Positions 9,211 to 18,340 are shown, counted from the stretch's first letter. The stretch: DNA of 64,000 nucleotides from an uncultured Desulfobacteraceae bacterium (GCA_964386565.1 CAYLRU010000007.1:39504-103503); one strand, 5' to 3'. Translations and numbers: made by a program. The notes: generated by a model from the letters alone, not told the origin.

Positions 9211-10332
9211 ATGGACAGCCTGGAATATTTCAAAACAATGGCACAAAAATTATTCAACACCGAAGCCCGGTCCTGGAAAGAAAAAGGAGGACGTATCATC
9301 GGCATCCAGTGTTCCAGCATACCCGAAGAAGTAATCCACGCCGCTGGTATTTTGCCGACCCGGCTTCGTGCACCCGGATTACCGGACACCAAAAACGCGG
9401 ATGCCCACCTTCACCGGATTAACTGCTCTTACACCCGGTCGGTTTTGGAATACCTCCTGTTGGGCGAACTGGATTTTCTTGATGGATTTGTCGCTACGAA
9501 TACGTGTGATCACCACCTTCGTCTAGTAAATGAAGTAGAAGATAAATCCCATTTTTCATTCTTCCATTATTTCCAGATGCACCATACCATAACGCAGGGT
9601 GCTAAAGAATGGCTCATCCAGGAAATGAAAAATCTGATCCTGCAGTTGGAGAAAACGTTTAACATCACCGTTTCAGAAAACGATTTAAGGCACACCATAT
9701 CGGTTTACAATAAAACACGGCAGCTCATGGCCCGGTTAAACGATTTGAGAAAAAACACTCCCCCGCCGTTGACCGGTGCCGAATACATGCAAATCGCCCT
9801 TACCGGGATGTCTATTCCCCGTGAAATCTTTAACCAAAAGCTTGAAATCCTTTTGCCGGAACTCGAGAACCGCCGGGTTTCGGAAAAACATTTACCACGG
9901 CTTCTGATTATCGGAGGCGCCTGTGATTCACCCGAATTTATAGAATTCATCGAAAGCAAAGGAACGAACATCGTGGCGGACGGCATGTGTTTCGGCCTTC
10001 GTCACTATATGGGCGTTATCGATGAGGGGAAGGCCGACCCCATAGAGGCGATTGCGGACCGGTATATGACCCGGATCCCCTGTCCCTCCATCATCGACGG
10101 TTTTGACCGGACCTATGCTGTTCTTAAAGAAATCATTGAAAAACTGAACGTACAGGGTGTTGTCAGTGCCCGATTAAAATTCTGCGATCATTTCGCAGGT
10201 ATCCGGAAATTACTGGTCGACCAGTTGCGCCGGGATAACAGCGTCCCGGTGGTCGAGCTTGAACGTGAATACAACACAACCAAATCCGGCCAGCTCAGTA
10301 CGCGGATTCAGGCTTTTCTGGAACTGCTTTGA
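9211..10332 (+). CDS. Small catalytic subunit (HgdB / BcrC-BzdN type), module 2
   Basis: Start chosen at ATG 9211 (MDSLEYF...) after a GGGGAG RBS. Blocks: SWKEKGGRIIGIQCSSIPEEVIHAAGILP, NTCDHH, MCFGL, FCDHFAG...IQAFLELL. By eye it is roughly one third identical to 1319..2446. Confidence 0.85.
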   Translation: MDSLEYFKTMAQKLFNTEARSWKEKGGRIIGIQCSSIPEEVIHAAGILPTRLRAPGLPDTKNADAHLHRINCSYTRSVLEYLLLGELDFLDGFVATNTCDHHLRLVNEVEDKSHFSFFHYFQMHHTITQGAKEWLIQEMKNLILQLEKTFNITVSENDLRHTISVYNKTRQLMARLNDLRKNTPPPLTGAEYMQIALTGMSIPREIFNQKLEILLPELENRRVSEKHLPRLLIIGGACDSPEFIEFIESKGTNIVADGMCFGLRHYMGVIDEGKADPIEAIADRYMTRIPCPSIIDGFDRTYAVLKEIIEKLNVQGVVSARLKFCDHFAGIRKLLVDQLRRDNSVPVVELEREYNTTKSGQLSTRIQAFLELL

Positions 10333-10912
10333 CCCGAATTTCCGGCGGCCCTTTCCGCCTCTTCAAGGGAACGATATCCGTAACTTTTCACGAGAAATGT
10401 ATAAAGGATCTGGTTCATATTCATATGGCCTTTTCGGTATCGTTTTACGTCCGCATAAAGAAGTTGAAGGGTTTCGTGGGAACAGGTTTCGAGTTCACCC
10501 CGTAAATAGGTTGCAAACGAAGTATGAAGGGCTGTATCGCTTCGACTGTCAACGGCCCTCGCCCCCCGCATGAGATTGGGATATTTTTCAAACATTTCTT
10601 TTTGCCACATCAACTGGGCGTCAACAATCTTATCAATTAACGGATCGTCGTTGAGGCACGGAATAAGATTTTCCATGCGACCGTATTTTAATGTCATGAG
10701 ATTTTTTCCATTTTTTTCAGCAAGGGTCAGGTCGTTGAGGTAGCTTAACAGCGTCTCTTTTGACCAGGTGGAAAATTGCGCCCTGCGGTTTCGCTTAAAT
10801 TCATCCGGATGATCCTGGCAGATTGCCTTTTCACGCGTTGAAACGGACAGGAACATTCGCAGTTCAATGTCCAGGATAACATCTATCAGGCTTTTCTTCT
10901 CTTCATCCATGG
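10308..10912 (-). CDS. DUF4125-like helical protein of unknown function
   Basis: Start chosen at MDEEKKSLIDVILDIELRMF..., which overlaps the stop of the upstream epimerase gene by 10 nt. The family assignment is from memory of DUF4125 sequences. The 3' end overlaps the convergent gene 9211..10332 by 25 nt. Confidence 0.55.
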
Positions 10913-11838
10913 CGGTCTTCTGCTCCTTGTCCTTGCCCGGCATACCATTTCCAGGTTTTCCGCATTCCATCAACAAACGGCGTATATGAAAACGCAAGCT
11001 TCTCCTGGATTTTCGTGCCTGAATAAATCAGGTGCTGTTCCAAGGGAAACGGCAGGGGGATCTGCTGCGCGTCAATCTCTTTACTGTCCAGGGCATATAT
11101 GGACGCCCTTGTATTCATAATTTCCTGCAGAACATGAATAAACCGTCTATAGGAAATCAGGTCTTCCGCGGCAAGATTAAACGCATCATTAAAAACAGCG
11201 GCATTTCCCAAACAAAGTCGAATGACTTGGGCAACATCCCATACGGAAACAAATTGATACAGGGCCAGCTCGTTTTTGGGAAGTGCAATGGCCTTTCCTT
11301 CTGTAATGAGTTTGAAAAAATAACTTTCCCTGGGAGCATAATTATATTTCCCATAGATGATTGTCGGACGCAGGATCGTATAAGGAACACCTGATTTTCG
11401 ACACAGATCGACAACTTTTTCCTCAGCCTTCCATTTATTATACCCGTAGTCAGCTGCGGGCCCCGGTTCAGGCCGGGGAGATGCGAGTTTGGGCGCATCC
11501 TCTTTTACGGGTAGCCCCAGTGTATCCGCATAAACCGAAGTGGTACTGATAAAAATATAATGGCCCACGGCCGGATGGGGTATGGCCAGCATCAATTGCA
11601 CAATATCAAGGGGGGTGTAGGCGCAAAAATCGATAACGGCATGCCATTTAAGCCGGGGGATTGCGTTTTTCAGGCCATGATCATGCCTGTCGCAGATGAT
11701 TTCCAAGACACCGTTTAATTCCAACTGTCTGTTTCCCCGGTTCACCACGCAAATCCGGTTTTCCGGATCTTTCACCAACTCTTCGACACACACCCTGCCG
11801 ACAAAATAGCTTCCGCCGATAACAAGGATGTTTCTCAT
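10903..11838 (-). CDS. NAD-dependent epimerase/dehydratase family protein (extended SDR)
   Basis: N-terminal Rossmann motif MRNILVIGGSYFVGR. The active-site region contains YGYNKWKAE (YxxxK). Confidence 0.85.
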   Translation of the reverse strand: MRNILVIGGSYFVGRVCVEELVKDPENRICVVNRGNRQLELNGVLEIICDRHDHGLKNAIPRLKWHAVIDFCAYTPLDIVQLMLAIPHPAVGHYIFISTTSVYADTLGLPVKEDAPKLASPRPEPGPAADYGYNKWKAEEKVVDLCRKSGVPYTILRPTIIYGKYNYAPRESYFFKLITEGKAIALPKNELALYQFVSVWDVAQVIRLCLGNAAVFNDAFNLAAEDLISYRRFIHVLQEIMNTRASIYALDSKEIDAQQIPLPFPLEQHLIYSGTKIQEKLAFSYTPFVDGMRKTWKWYAGQGQGAEDRHG

Positions 11839-11886
11839 TACCGCTCCTCATTTATCTCCATGCCTGAAAATCCATTTACGCCCCAA

Positions 11887-12813
11887 TTATCCCACCCACA
11901 CGTTTCTTTGCCTTAAATTCTCATCTTTTATCTTTTCCTGCACCAACGGTCCGTGGTCCAGTAAAAAATCGCTGTCCGATTCACTCAGATACTGGTTCTT
12001 CAGTTCACTAATGATCTGCCGGCATATCTGCTCAACAATATCGGCTTTATTATCATAGTCCGTGGTGTTTACGATCTCGTTTATTTTATCATGACACCAT
12101 TTCCCCAATATGGGCAGATCTGCCAGTGCCAGGTGCATCCACTTAAAAAACGGCGTATATCGCTTATTCAACAGAAATACCATGGATATGGCATCCGAGC
12201 AGAATTTGGTTTGCGCATATAGGGCCGGAAAAAACGCTTTTCGTTTAATGCATCTTTGAAAATTGTACTGGCCAAACTGGGCAAGTGTCATGCATCGGGA
12301 AGCAATCTTTTTTAAACGGACGTCTTCCGGGTAGAATTCCATCAGTTTTTTACGCCACCTGCTGAATTTTTCATAAGGGTCATAAAAAACTTTTCCGTTC
12401 GTGCATGCCGCCAGACTGTTTTCCGGGATAAGAAACCATTCATCAAGCGTATCGGGTAAATGATCCAGACCTGTATATTGCTGATAAAACGCCGAAATAC
12501 GGAAAACACCGATCCTGCCGAATCCCCATTTACTGACTTTCCGGGGGCCATATCCCAGAAAAGATTGCGGCAGGGCAAATACGGCCTGCTCCAGATCTTT
12601 GCCGATGGCAAGGTAATCCGGATCATCCAGCCATAAACAAAACCCAGGACCCCAATCGTGATCTTGTGAAACAACGTCATCAAATCCAAAGCATTCCGAA
12701 CCGTCCCCCACCAAACCGGCTGCGATTTTGTCCGCATATACCTCAAATCTCTCCCGGATCAGCGGCAAACCATAGGTATTGAAATATTTCCCGGCCAGTT
12801 CAATACCTTTCAT
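11887..12813 (-). CDS. DUF4037-type protein with a polymerase-beta-like nucleotidyltransferase signature
   Basis: GLVGDGSECFGFDDVVSQDHDWGPGFCLWL resembles the GS...DxD NTase motif and the conserved DUF4037-family N-terminus as I recall it. It is co-operonic with the TPR, epimerase and DUF4125 genes. Confidence 0.6.
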   Translation of the reverse strand: MKGIELAGKYFNTYGLPLIRERFEVYADKIAAGLVGDGSECFGFDDVVSQDHDWGPGFCLWLDDPDYLAIGKDLEQAVFALPQSFLGYGPRKVSKWGFGRIGVFRISAFYQQYTGLDHLPDTLDEWFLIPENSLAACTNGKVFYDPYEKFSRWRKKLMEFYPEDVRLKKIASRCMTLAQFGQYNFQRCIKRKAFFPALYAQTKFCSDAISMVFLLNKRYTPFFKWMHLALADLPILGKWCHDKINEIVNTTDYDNKADIVEQICRQIISELKNQYLSESDSDFLLDHGPLVQEKIKDENLRQRNVWVG

Positions 12814-12819
12814 GACAGT

Positions 12820-13392
12820 CTACACTCCCATCCCGTTCTGTATGGCCCCTGTCAGGGCATTTATATTTTCCCTGGCAATTCCTGCTTTTTCAGTTTCATT
12901 TAAGGCATCGTATAAATTCAGGGCCAGGATGTACCAGGAAACAGCCGTTTTAGCATCACCGGATACAGCATGAATATAGGCGATATTGCTGTACTGGTTT
13001 GCAATCTGAAGGCCGTCTTTTATCTTTTCAAAAAAAGCCAGGGATTTTAGATACATGTCCACTGCTTTGTCGTAATCTTTGATATCACGATATACCGACC
13101 CGATATTTTGAAGCTGATTTGCCTGACCCACAGTATCATCTAACATCTTGTATTTCCGGTAGGCGTTCTCAAAGCTTTCCATGGCGCTGTTGAAATGACC
13201 GGTCTGAACATGGATAAGCCCCATATTGTTGTGGATCATGGCCAGTTGTTCGTCATCACCACCGGCTTTAAGAATTTCAAGACAATCCTGGTAGAGTTTA
13301 AGGGCATCTTCATATTCCTTGTTGGTTAAATGAGCGTGGGCCTGTTGACTCAGCAAAGTTATCTTATCGTCCCGGCTGTTTTCTTCCATCAT
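12820..13392 (-). CDS. Tetratricopeptide repeat protein
   Basis: Repeated 34-aa units (YEDALKLYQDCLEI, FNSAMESFENAYRKY, YDKAVDMYLKSLAFF, AKTAVSWYILALNLY). The start could be ATG 13392 or TTG 13410. Confidence 0.8.
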   Translation of the reverse strand: MMEENSRDDKITLLSQQAHAHLTNKEYEDALKLYQDCLEILKAGGDDEQLAMIHNNMGLIHVQTGHFNSAMESFENAYRKYKMLDDTVGQANQLQNIGSVYRDIKDYDKAVDMYLKSLAFFEKIKDGLQIANQYSNIAYIHAVSGDAKTAVSWYILALNLYDALNETEKAGIARENINALTGAIQNGMGV

Positions 13393-13584
13393 TGTTTTCC
13401 CCCATTCCAACCTCCTCCCATAAGGAAGGAAGGCTTTCTTTCAGTGTCTTTATAAACTCCCTAAAGGGATTTACAGGAAAATTCATGCCGAGTTAACGGC
13501 ACTGACTCAAAGACCGGAAAGCTCTTCTTTCCAACCCATAGAGCGAAATGAAACGGGCGAATAAAATAAAAACATCCCGACCCG

Positions 13585-15324
13585 TCATTTGATTGATCCG
13601 AGTATCCGCTGCCAGAGCAGATGTTCAAGCCCGTCTGCCAGATGATGAATGCTTTTTAAAAAATAGAGATGGCCACGGGGGAAAAATTCTCTCAAAAAAT
13701 CCCGGGTCTGGCGATTGCATCCGCACCCCAGCGTAAAAACATCGATCCCGTGCTTTCGGCAATAGTCAAGGGCGATACCCAGGCTTAATCCGCAATTTGC
13801 CGCACCGTCGGTAATATGGATGATCATACTGTTCTTGAATTTTTTATCGAGCAGGTTCGCCACAGCCATAATGGCCTGTCCTGACGGTGTCCGGCCCGAA
13901 GGCGTTACGGAATAGAGTTTTTTATCATGATACAACCGGGTAAGCGTACAAACCTGCCGTTCCGCACGATAGGCATAGATATCCAGCAGATTGCCATGGC
14001 CCTTTGCAGCAACGGCAAGGGAAACAAAGCTTTTTTCAGCAATTTCCCAGGGCCTTCGCAATCTCTTTTTTCCGGCCGTTGGTTCGTCTTTGCCGCTCAT
14101 TGATGCCGATGCATCCGCAATGATGCAGATTTGCCAGAATGCATCCTTTCCCGGACCTTGTCTGTTTTTAAACACTTTACCGTCCAAAGGTACACGATAC
14201 AATCGCAACGGATCCAGCTTTCCTTCACCCAGCCCGTGCCTGATGCGTCTTCTCCGAACCTGCCGGATTAAATGTTCCTGTTTCTTAAATATTTTCTTCA
14301 TCTGCCGAACCTGGACAGCGTCAGGTTGGATATCGGAAAGAACCTCTCCTTTTTCAATTCGCGTCTCCATGGGCCGGGCACCGGGTTCTTCAACAGCAAC
14401 AGCCATACCCTGTATGGGGGGATTTTCTTCATCCAGCATGGCGCTGACATCCTCTGCCAGATCCGGACGAAGGCCTTCTGCAGCTTCAGTTTCACCGGGG
14501 TCATCGGGTACGTCTTCCCCGGCACCGTTTTCTTCAAGATCCACCCTTCCCTTGGGACCTGTTTCGTCATAAAGATTGACGGCATCGGGATTTAACGTGA
14601 ATGTTTCCCAATGTGAAATGACGTGCTCAATGTCCTGCCACATTTGCCGGTAAAGGTTTTTTCTCTCTTCCCGCCTGGTGCTGATGGATCGGCGGTTCGC
14701 CACCGACCGGATACGATGTAAATACTTTTCCAATATTGTCAGAATCTCTGCATAGTAGGGATGAGGGCTTTCAGGAACCTCTTTTATGATTGATTGTTTT
14801 TGCCAGACGGCAAAAACACTTTCCGCAGTAGGAGGAAGGGCGGGGTCCCGTTTCTCTTCAGAAAACGCCTGATAAAAATAACGTGATAAATAAAGCGCCC
14901 ATATCCTGTCTTTTGCCAGCTCACTGATAAAAATATTTTCCGAGGCTGTTACGAGATTTTCTAGATATGGCTTTGTGCGGTCATTGATGCCATGGGCCGA
15001 TTTCAGTGTTTTTTCCTTCACCCATTCATGGAATTCCATGGCCAGAAACCCTTCCCGCACCACTTGTCCCACCAGTATATCGTAAACATCGTGGGATATG
15101 GGATAATTGCCTTTCACCCTTTCCGGATCCAGAATGATAAACCGATTCTCATTTTCCGCCATCCCCTTCCAGAATACCGGTTTCACGTTCCTGCCGAGAT
15201 GCCCGATGACCTTTCGCATGGCCCTTAAGGCCAGGGCGAGTTCGGCGGCTTCGTTCCGGGATCGGTTGATCCGCCAGTATTTTGAATAAGATGCCGATAT
15301 GTTTGCTTTTGTTTCCATGATCAT
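13585..15324 (-). CDS. CobT-like von Willebrand factor A (VWA) domain protein
   Basis: The C-terminal VWA domain has MIDAS residues DASASMSG ... TPSG ... DGAAN. A central acidic linker is present (EENGAGEDVPDDPGETEAAE). An ATGA overlap joins it to the upstream AAA+ gene. Confidence 0.8.
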   Translation of the reverse strand: MIMETKANISASYSKYWRINRSRNEAAELALALRAMRKVIGHLGRNVKPVFWKGMAENENRFIILDPERVKGNYPISHDVYDILVGQVVREGFLAMEFHEWVKEKTLKSAHGINDRTKPYLENLVTASENIFISELAKDRIWALYLSRYFYQAFSEEKRDPALPPTAESVFAVWQKQSIIKEVPESPHPYYAEILTILEKYLHRIRSVANRRSISTRREERKNLYRQMWQDIEHVISHWETFTLNPDAVNLYDETGPKGRVDLEENGAGEDVPDDPGETEAAEGLRPDLAEDVSAMLDEENPPIQGMAVAVEEPGARPMETRIEKGEVLSDIQPDAVQVRQMKKIFKKQEHLIRQVRRRRIRHGLGEGKLDPLRLYRVPLDGKVFKNRQGPGKDAFWQICIIADASASMSGKDEPTAGKKRLRRPWEIAEKSFVSLAVAAKGHGNLLDIYAYRAERQVCTLTRLYHDKKLYSVTPSGRTPSGQAIMAVANLLDKKFKNSMIIHITDGAANCGLSLGIALDYCRKHGIDVFTLGCGCNRQTRDFLREFFPRGHLYFLKSIHHLADGLEHLLWQRILGSIK

Positions 15325-16319
15325 GCATTGCCAGGCAGGTAGAGAAGGTATTCTCCCCTGTCGGCTTCCGTTTCCCCGGTTTCCACCTGGATTGAAAGCA
15401 GCAAGGATTCTAAGGTATCCTTGGAAATTTGAAGACTGTAGACCAAGGCTTCCCTCAGGGAAGCCCCCATGGCCACCAGCTCGGCAATCATCAGGCTATG
15501 ACGGATGGAAATACGCATTTCGATCTGGTCATTGTTTCGAATCCGGTTGACCATTTTCAATATCTGGTCGGCTTTGAGCCCATCAATGCCGGTTTTCCGG
15601 ATTAATACTTCTTTTTCGACATCATGGGGCAGGTATTCAAGGTGAACCCTGTAAAACCGGTCTTTTAACGCCTCATCCAGGTCATCCGTACCACTGAACG
15701 TCTCGCCTTCATTCATAGTTGCGAAAAACATCACACCCGGCGCCACACGAATCATGCCCAATTCATCAATCCATATGCTCCGGTCTTCCGACAGGACGCT
15801 GAACAGCTCATTTAATGCATGGGGACTTTCGGAGCGGTTGATCTCTTCCAAATGGATGACGCATCCAGGCGTCTGGATAGCTTTGGGAAATAAAAATTCC
15901 TGATAATACGTTTCGCCTGACCTGAGTCGCTGCTGCCCGAACAATTGACCGGCCTCAAGCAGCAGACCCACTTGAAAAGTTGCCATGGGTCTTTTGTAAA
16001 TATAGGCAAACTGCCTGACCATGGAAGATTTTCCGCATCCCTGACTTCCCGTTATCAGGATGTTCACCGGATGCTTTTCAGACATGCGGTTGAATCGTGC
16101 GAGATTATCCATGTCCTCTTTAAGGATGAAAAAATTCGGATCGGGATTGGGAATTTTCAACTGGCTGGCCGTATCGATCATAATAGGAGGGTCCTTTATA
16201 GTGGCCACTTTCCATGAAAGCAGGCCTGAAGGGCGGTTGAAAACAAAATCGTTTAATATGTTACCGGAAAAAAGCGGGATATAACTGATGCGGCGTCGTC
16301 TTATTTTACCGGACGCCAT
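15321..16319 (-). CDS. CobS-like AAA+ ATPase (AAA_5 / MoxR-related)
   Basis: Walker A ITGSQGCGKS, Walker B VIHLEEIN, sensor region FFATMN...DEALKDRF. The N-terminal extension (IPNPDPNFFILKED) resembles the CobS lead-in. Confidence 0.85.
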   Translation of the reverse strand: MASGKIRRRRISYIPLFSGNILNDFVFNRPSGLLSWKVATIKDPPIMIDTASQLKIPNPDPNFFILKEDMDNLARFNRMSEKHPVNILITGSQGCGKSSMVRQFAYIYKRPMATFQVGLLLEAGQLFGQQRLRSGETYYQEFLFPKAIQTPGCVIHLEEINRSESPHALNELFSVLSEDRSIWIDELGMIRVAPGVMFFATMNEGETFSGTDDLDEALKDRFYRVHLEYLPHDVEKEVLIRKTGIDGLKADQILKMVNRIRNNDQIEMRISIRHSLMIAELVAMGASLREALVYSLQISKDTLESLLLSIQVETGETEADRGEYLLYLPGNA

Positions 16320-16363
16320 ACCGGCGCCGGAATTATGATTCAGCTCTTTCAGGACAGCCGGCT

Positions 16364-17125
16364 TTACTTCATGCCTCTTTCCTTTTTTATTTCTTCATAC
16401 GCAGCCTGGATTTCCTGGAATTTTTCACTGGCAAACCGGGTGAATTCCTCCGGCAACCCTTTTGATGCGATCTTGTCCGGATGAAAATCATTGACCAGCT
16501 TTCGATACCGTCTTTTAATCTTCTCATCCGAATCTTTTGCATCACATCCCAAAACCGCATATGATTTATCTGAAACCCCGATATATTTTTGGCAAACCGC
16601 TTTATAGTATTCGTGGCCAAGTTGAAAAATATTCAACGCGGAAAGAATCAGTTTTTCTTCACTCTCATTCATCCTGCCGTCCGCCGTTGAAACCCGTACG
16701 AGAATATCGATCATCAGTTCCAGGAATTGCGGTTGATTTTTAAATTCGGCATAAAATTGATGGGCAAAATCTTCAAACCGCTGGTTGGATTCCATGGCGG
16801 TGTAGAAAATGTTCCATGTCACGTTCCGGCCGTACGAATCCAGATTCAGATCCCGGGCCATAAATTGTTCCACGGCATTCACTTCTTCTTTTTTTACCTG
16901 GCCGTCGGCATGAACCAGTTTGGCCAGCATGGAAAAGGCAGCCACATAAAAGGTCAGTTGCGTGGATTCCCCATGTGACAGGCGTTGCCGCGCGATGCCC
17001 TCGTCCAGCTCACCGGATTTATCAAATACATGTCCGAATGCAGCCCCTGCAATGGCGCCCAGGGGACCACCGATGGCAAACCCGAGGGTGCCACCCACAA
17101 TTTTACCCAGCACACCCATGATCAT
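16364..17125 (-). CDS. djlA: Co-chaperone DjlA (TM segment, TerB domain, C-terminal J domain)
   Basis: Gly-rich TM segment GVLGKIVGGTLGFAIGGPLGAIAGAAFG, then a TerB-like middle region. The C-terminal J domain is YAVLGCDAKDSDEKIKRRYRKLVNDFHPDK. The start is at 17125 or 17119. Confidence 0.85.
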   Translation of the reverse strand: MIMGVLGKIVGGTLGFAIGGPLGAIAGAAFGHVFDKSGELDEGIARQRLSHGESTQLTFYVAAFSMLAKLVHADGQVKKEEVNAVEQFMARDLNLDSYGRNVTWNIFYTAMESNQRFEDFAHQFYAEFKNQPQFLELMIDILVRVSTADGRMNESEEKLILSALNIFQLGHEYYKAVCQKYIGVSDKSYAVLGCDAKDSDEKIKRRYRKLVNDFHPDKIASKGLPEEFTRFASEKFQEIQAAYEEIKKERGMK

Positions 17126-17329
17126 TATCCTCTGAAACGGTAATTTACTTCTAACCCGCAAACAGGTCGTCAAATAAACCTCATGCCCTTCAATTATTAA
17201 AATATCCTTTTTCTGTCAACCATCTAATCCGTCAAAGACGGGGGCTGGTATGCATGGACGTCCTGTTTCGCCGGTCAGTTTTTTTATTTGGGATAACAAC
17301 GATTTTATTGTCCGGCGTCTTCAACCGGG

Positions 17330-18340
17330 TTATATCGGTCCCATGAAAAACCGGTTAATCCCTTCGGTCTGCTCGCGGCCGATGACTGTATTGAATCCGT
17401 CAAACCATCTTTCCGGTCGGGTCTCGACACCGGCCATGACCGAATCGCCTCTTCCGATAATATTGAAATACCGCTGTTGGGCCATTCGTCCGGCCAACAG
17501 CGTGCCGATCGGATAAAGTGCCATACCATAGCCCATCTCGTGCAATTCACGGGGGCTCTTATAGGGGGTTTTCGGACTGCCTTCAATCATATTGGCGACA
17601 AGAACAACTTTTAACCCTTTGAATGCTTCCGTCGCTCGCAGGAGTTGCTCTTCGCCTTCCAATGCTTCAATAAATATGAGTTCGGCACCGGCATCGGCAT
17701 ACAATTGTCCCCTTTTCAGGCCCTCCTCGAAACCAAGCGGCGAGATGGCGTCCGTACGGGCCATAACGAGAAAATCTTTTTGGCTTTGTGCATAACTTAT
17801 TGCCGGTTTCAACCGGAATTCGATCATCTCTTCGGCTGAAATCACCTGTTTCCCCGTTCCCCTGGCTCCTTCCATGTGGCCGCAGGTCTTGTTGATGGCA
17901 TATTGATCCTCGATTTGGACATACTGGGCCCCCTGTTTATGCACCTGCCGACAGGTTAATACAACCGAAGCCGGTTCATTTCCGTAACCCGTATCAATAT
18001 CCACACCAATGGGAAAAGCCGGTTTGTCCGTATCCAGAGCGGCAAACCATGTCGCCTGCTCAATAATATTCGTCTGCTGGGCGATTTCCGCCCGTAAAAT
18101 GTATCCCATATCCGGAAGCCCGTATCCTGCGGCGCAAAGATATCCCGATATAAATGTAATAAATCCGCCGACAAAGTCCGGAACCGCCTGCTGGGCATAG
18201 AGTTCATAAATCGTATGATGTAATTGACGCGCTTCATACCCGTTTGCAACACCGATGCCGACTAATATTCTATCCGCCTTTTCTTTGATCATTCGATGAA
18301 GATCGAGCCTCTTTGCTTCCCAGGAAATTCCAGCCGTCAT
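17330..18340 (-). CDS. Isocitrate lyase / PEP mutase superfamily protein (lyase-type)
   Basis: Motifs VDIDTGYGNE and IEDQ...NKTCGH. The K-x-CGH motif is lyase-like, not the EDKxxxxxNS motif of true PEP mutase. Confidence 0.8.
   Translation of the reverse strand: MTAGISWEAKRLDLHRMIKEKADRILVGIGVANGYEARQLHHTIYELYAQQAVPDFVGGFITFISGYLCAAGYGLPDMGYILRAEIAQQTNIIEQATWFAALDTDKPAFPIGVDIDTGYGNEPASVVLTCRQVHKQGAQYVQIEDQYAINKTCGHMEGARGTGKQVISAEEMIEFRLKPAISYAQSQKDFLVMARTDAISPLGFEEGLKRGQLYADAGAELIFIEALEGEEQLLRATEAFKGLKVVLVANMIEGSPKTPYKSPRELHEMGYGMALYPIGTLLAGRMAQQRYFNIIGRGDSVMAGVETRPERWFDGFNTVIGREQTEGINRFFMGPI

Noticed and set aside
13585-16319. Genuine aerobic cobaltochelatase CobS/CobT
   Set aside because: No cobN or other cob/cbi genes are in the window, and the aerobic pathway is unexpected in an organism with this anaerobic gene content. 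I kept it as a CobS/CobT-like pair of unknown function.
17330-18340. PEP mutase, implying phosphonate decoration of LPS next to waaA
   Set aside because: The active-site region reads EDQ...NKTCGH. This is the lyase-type K-x-CGH motif, not the EDKxxxxxNS motif of true PEP mutases. No phosphonopyruvate decarboxylase or aminotransferase gene is nearby.
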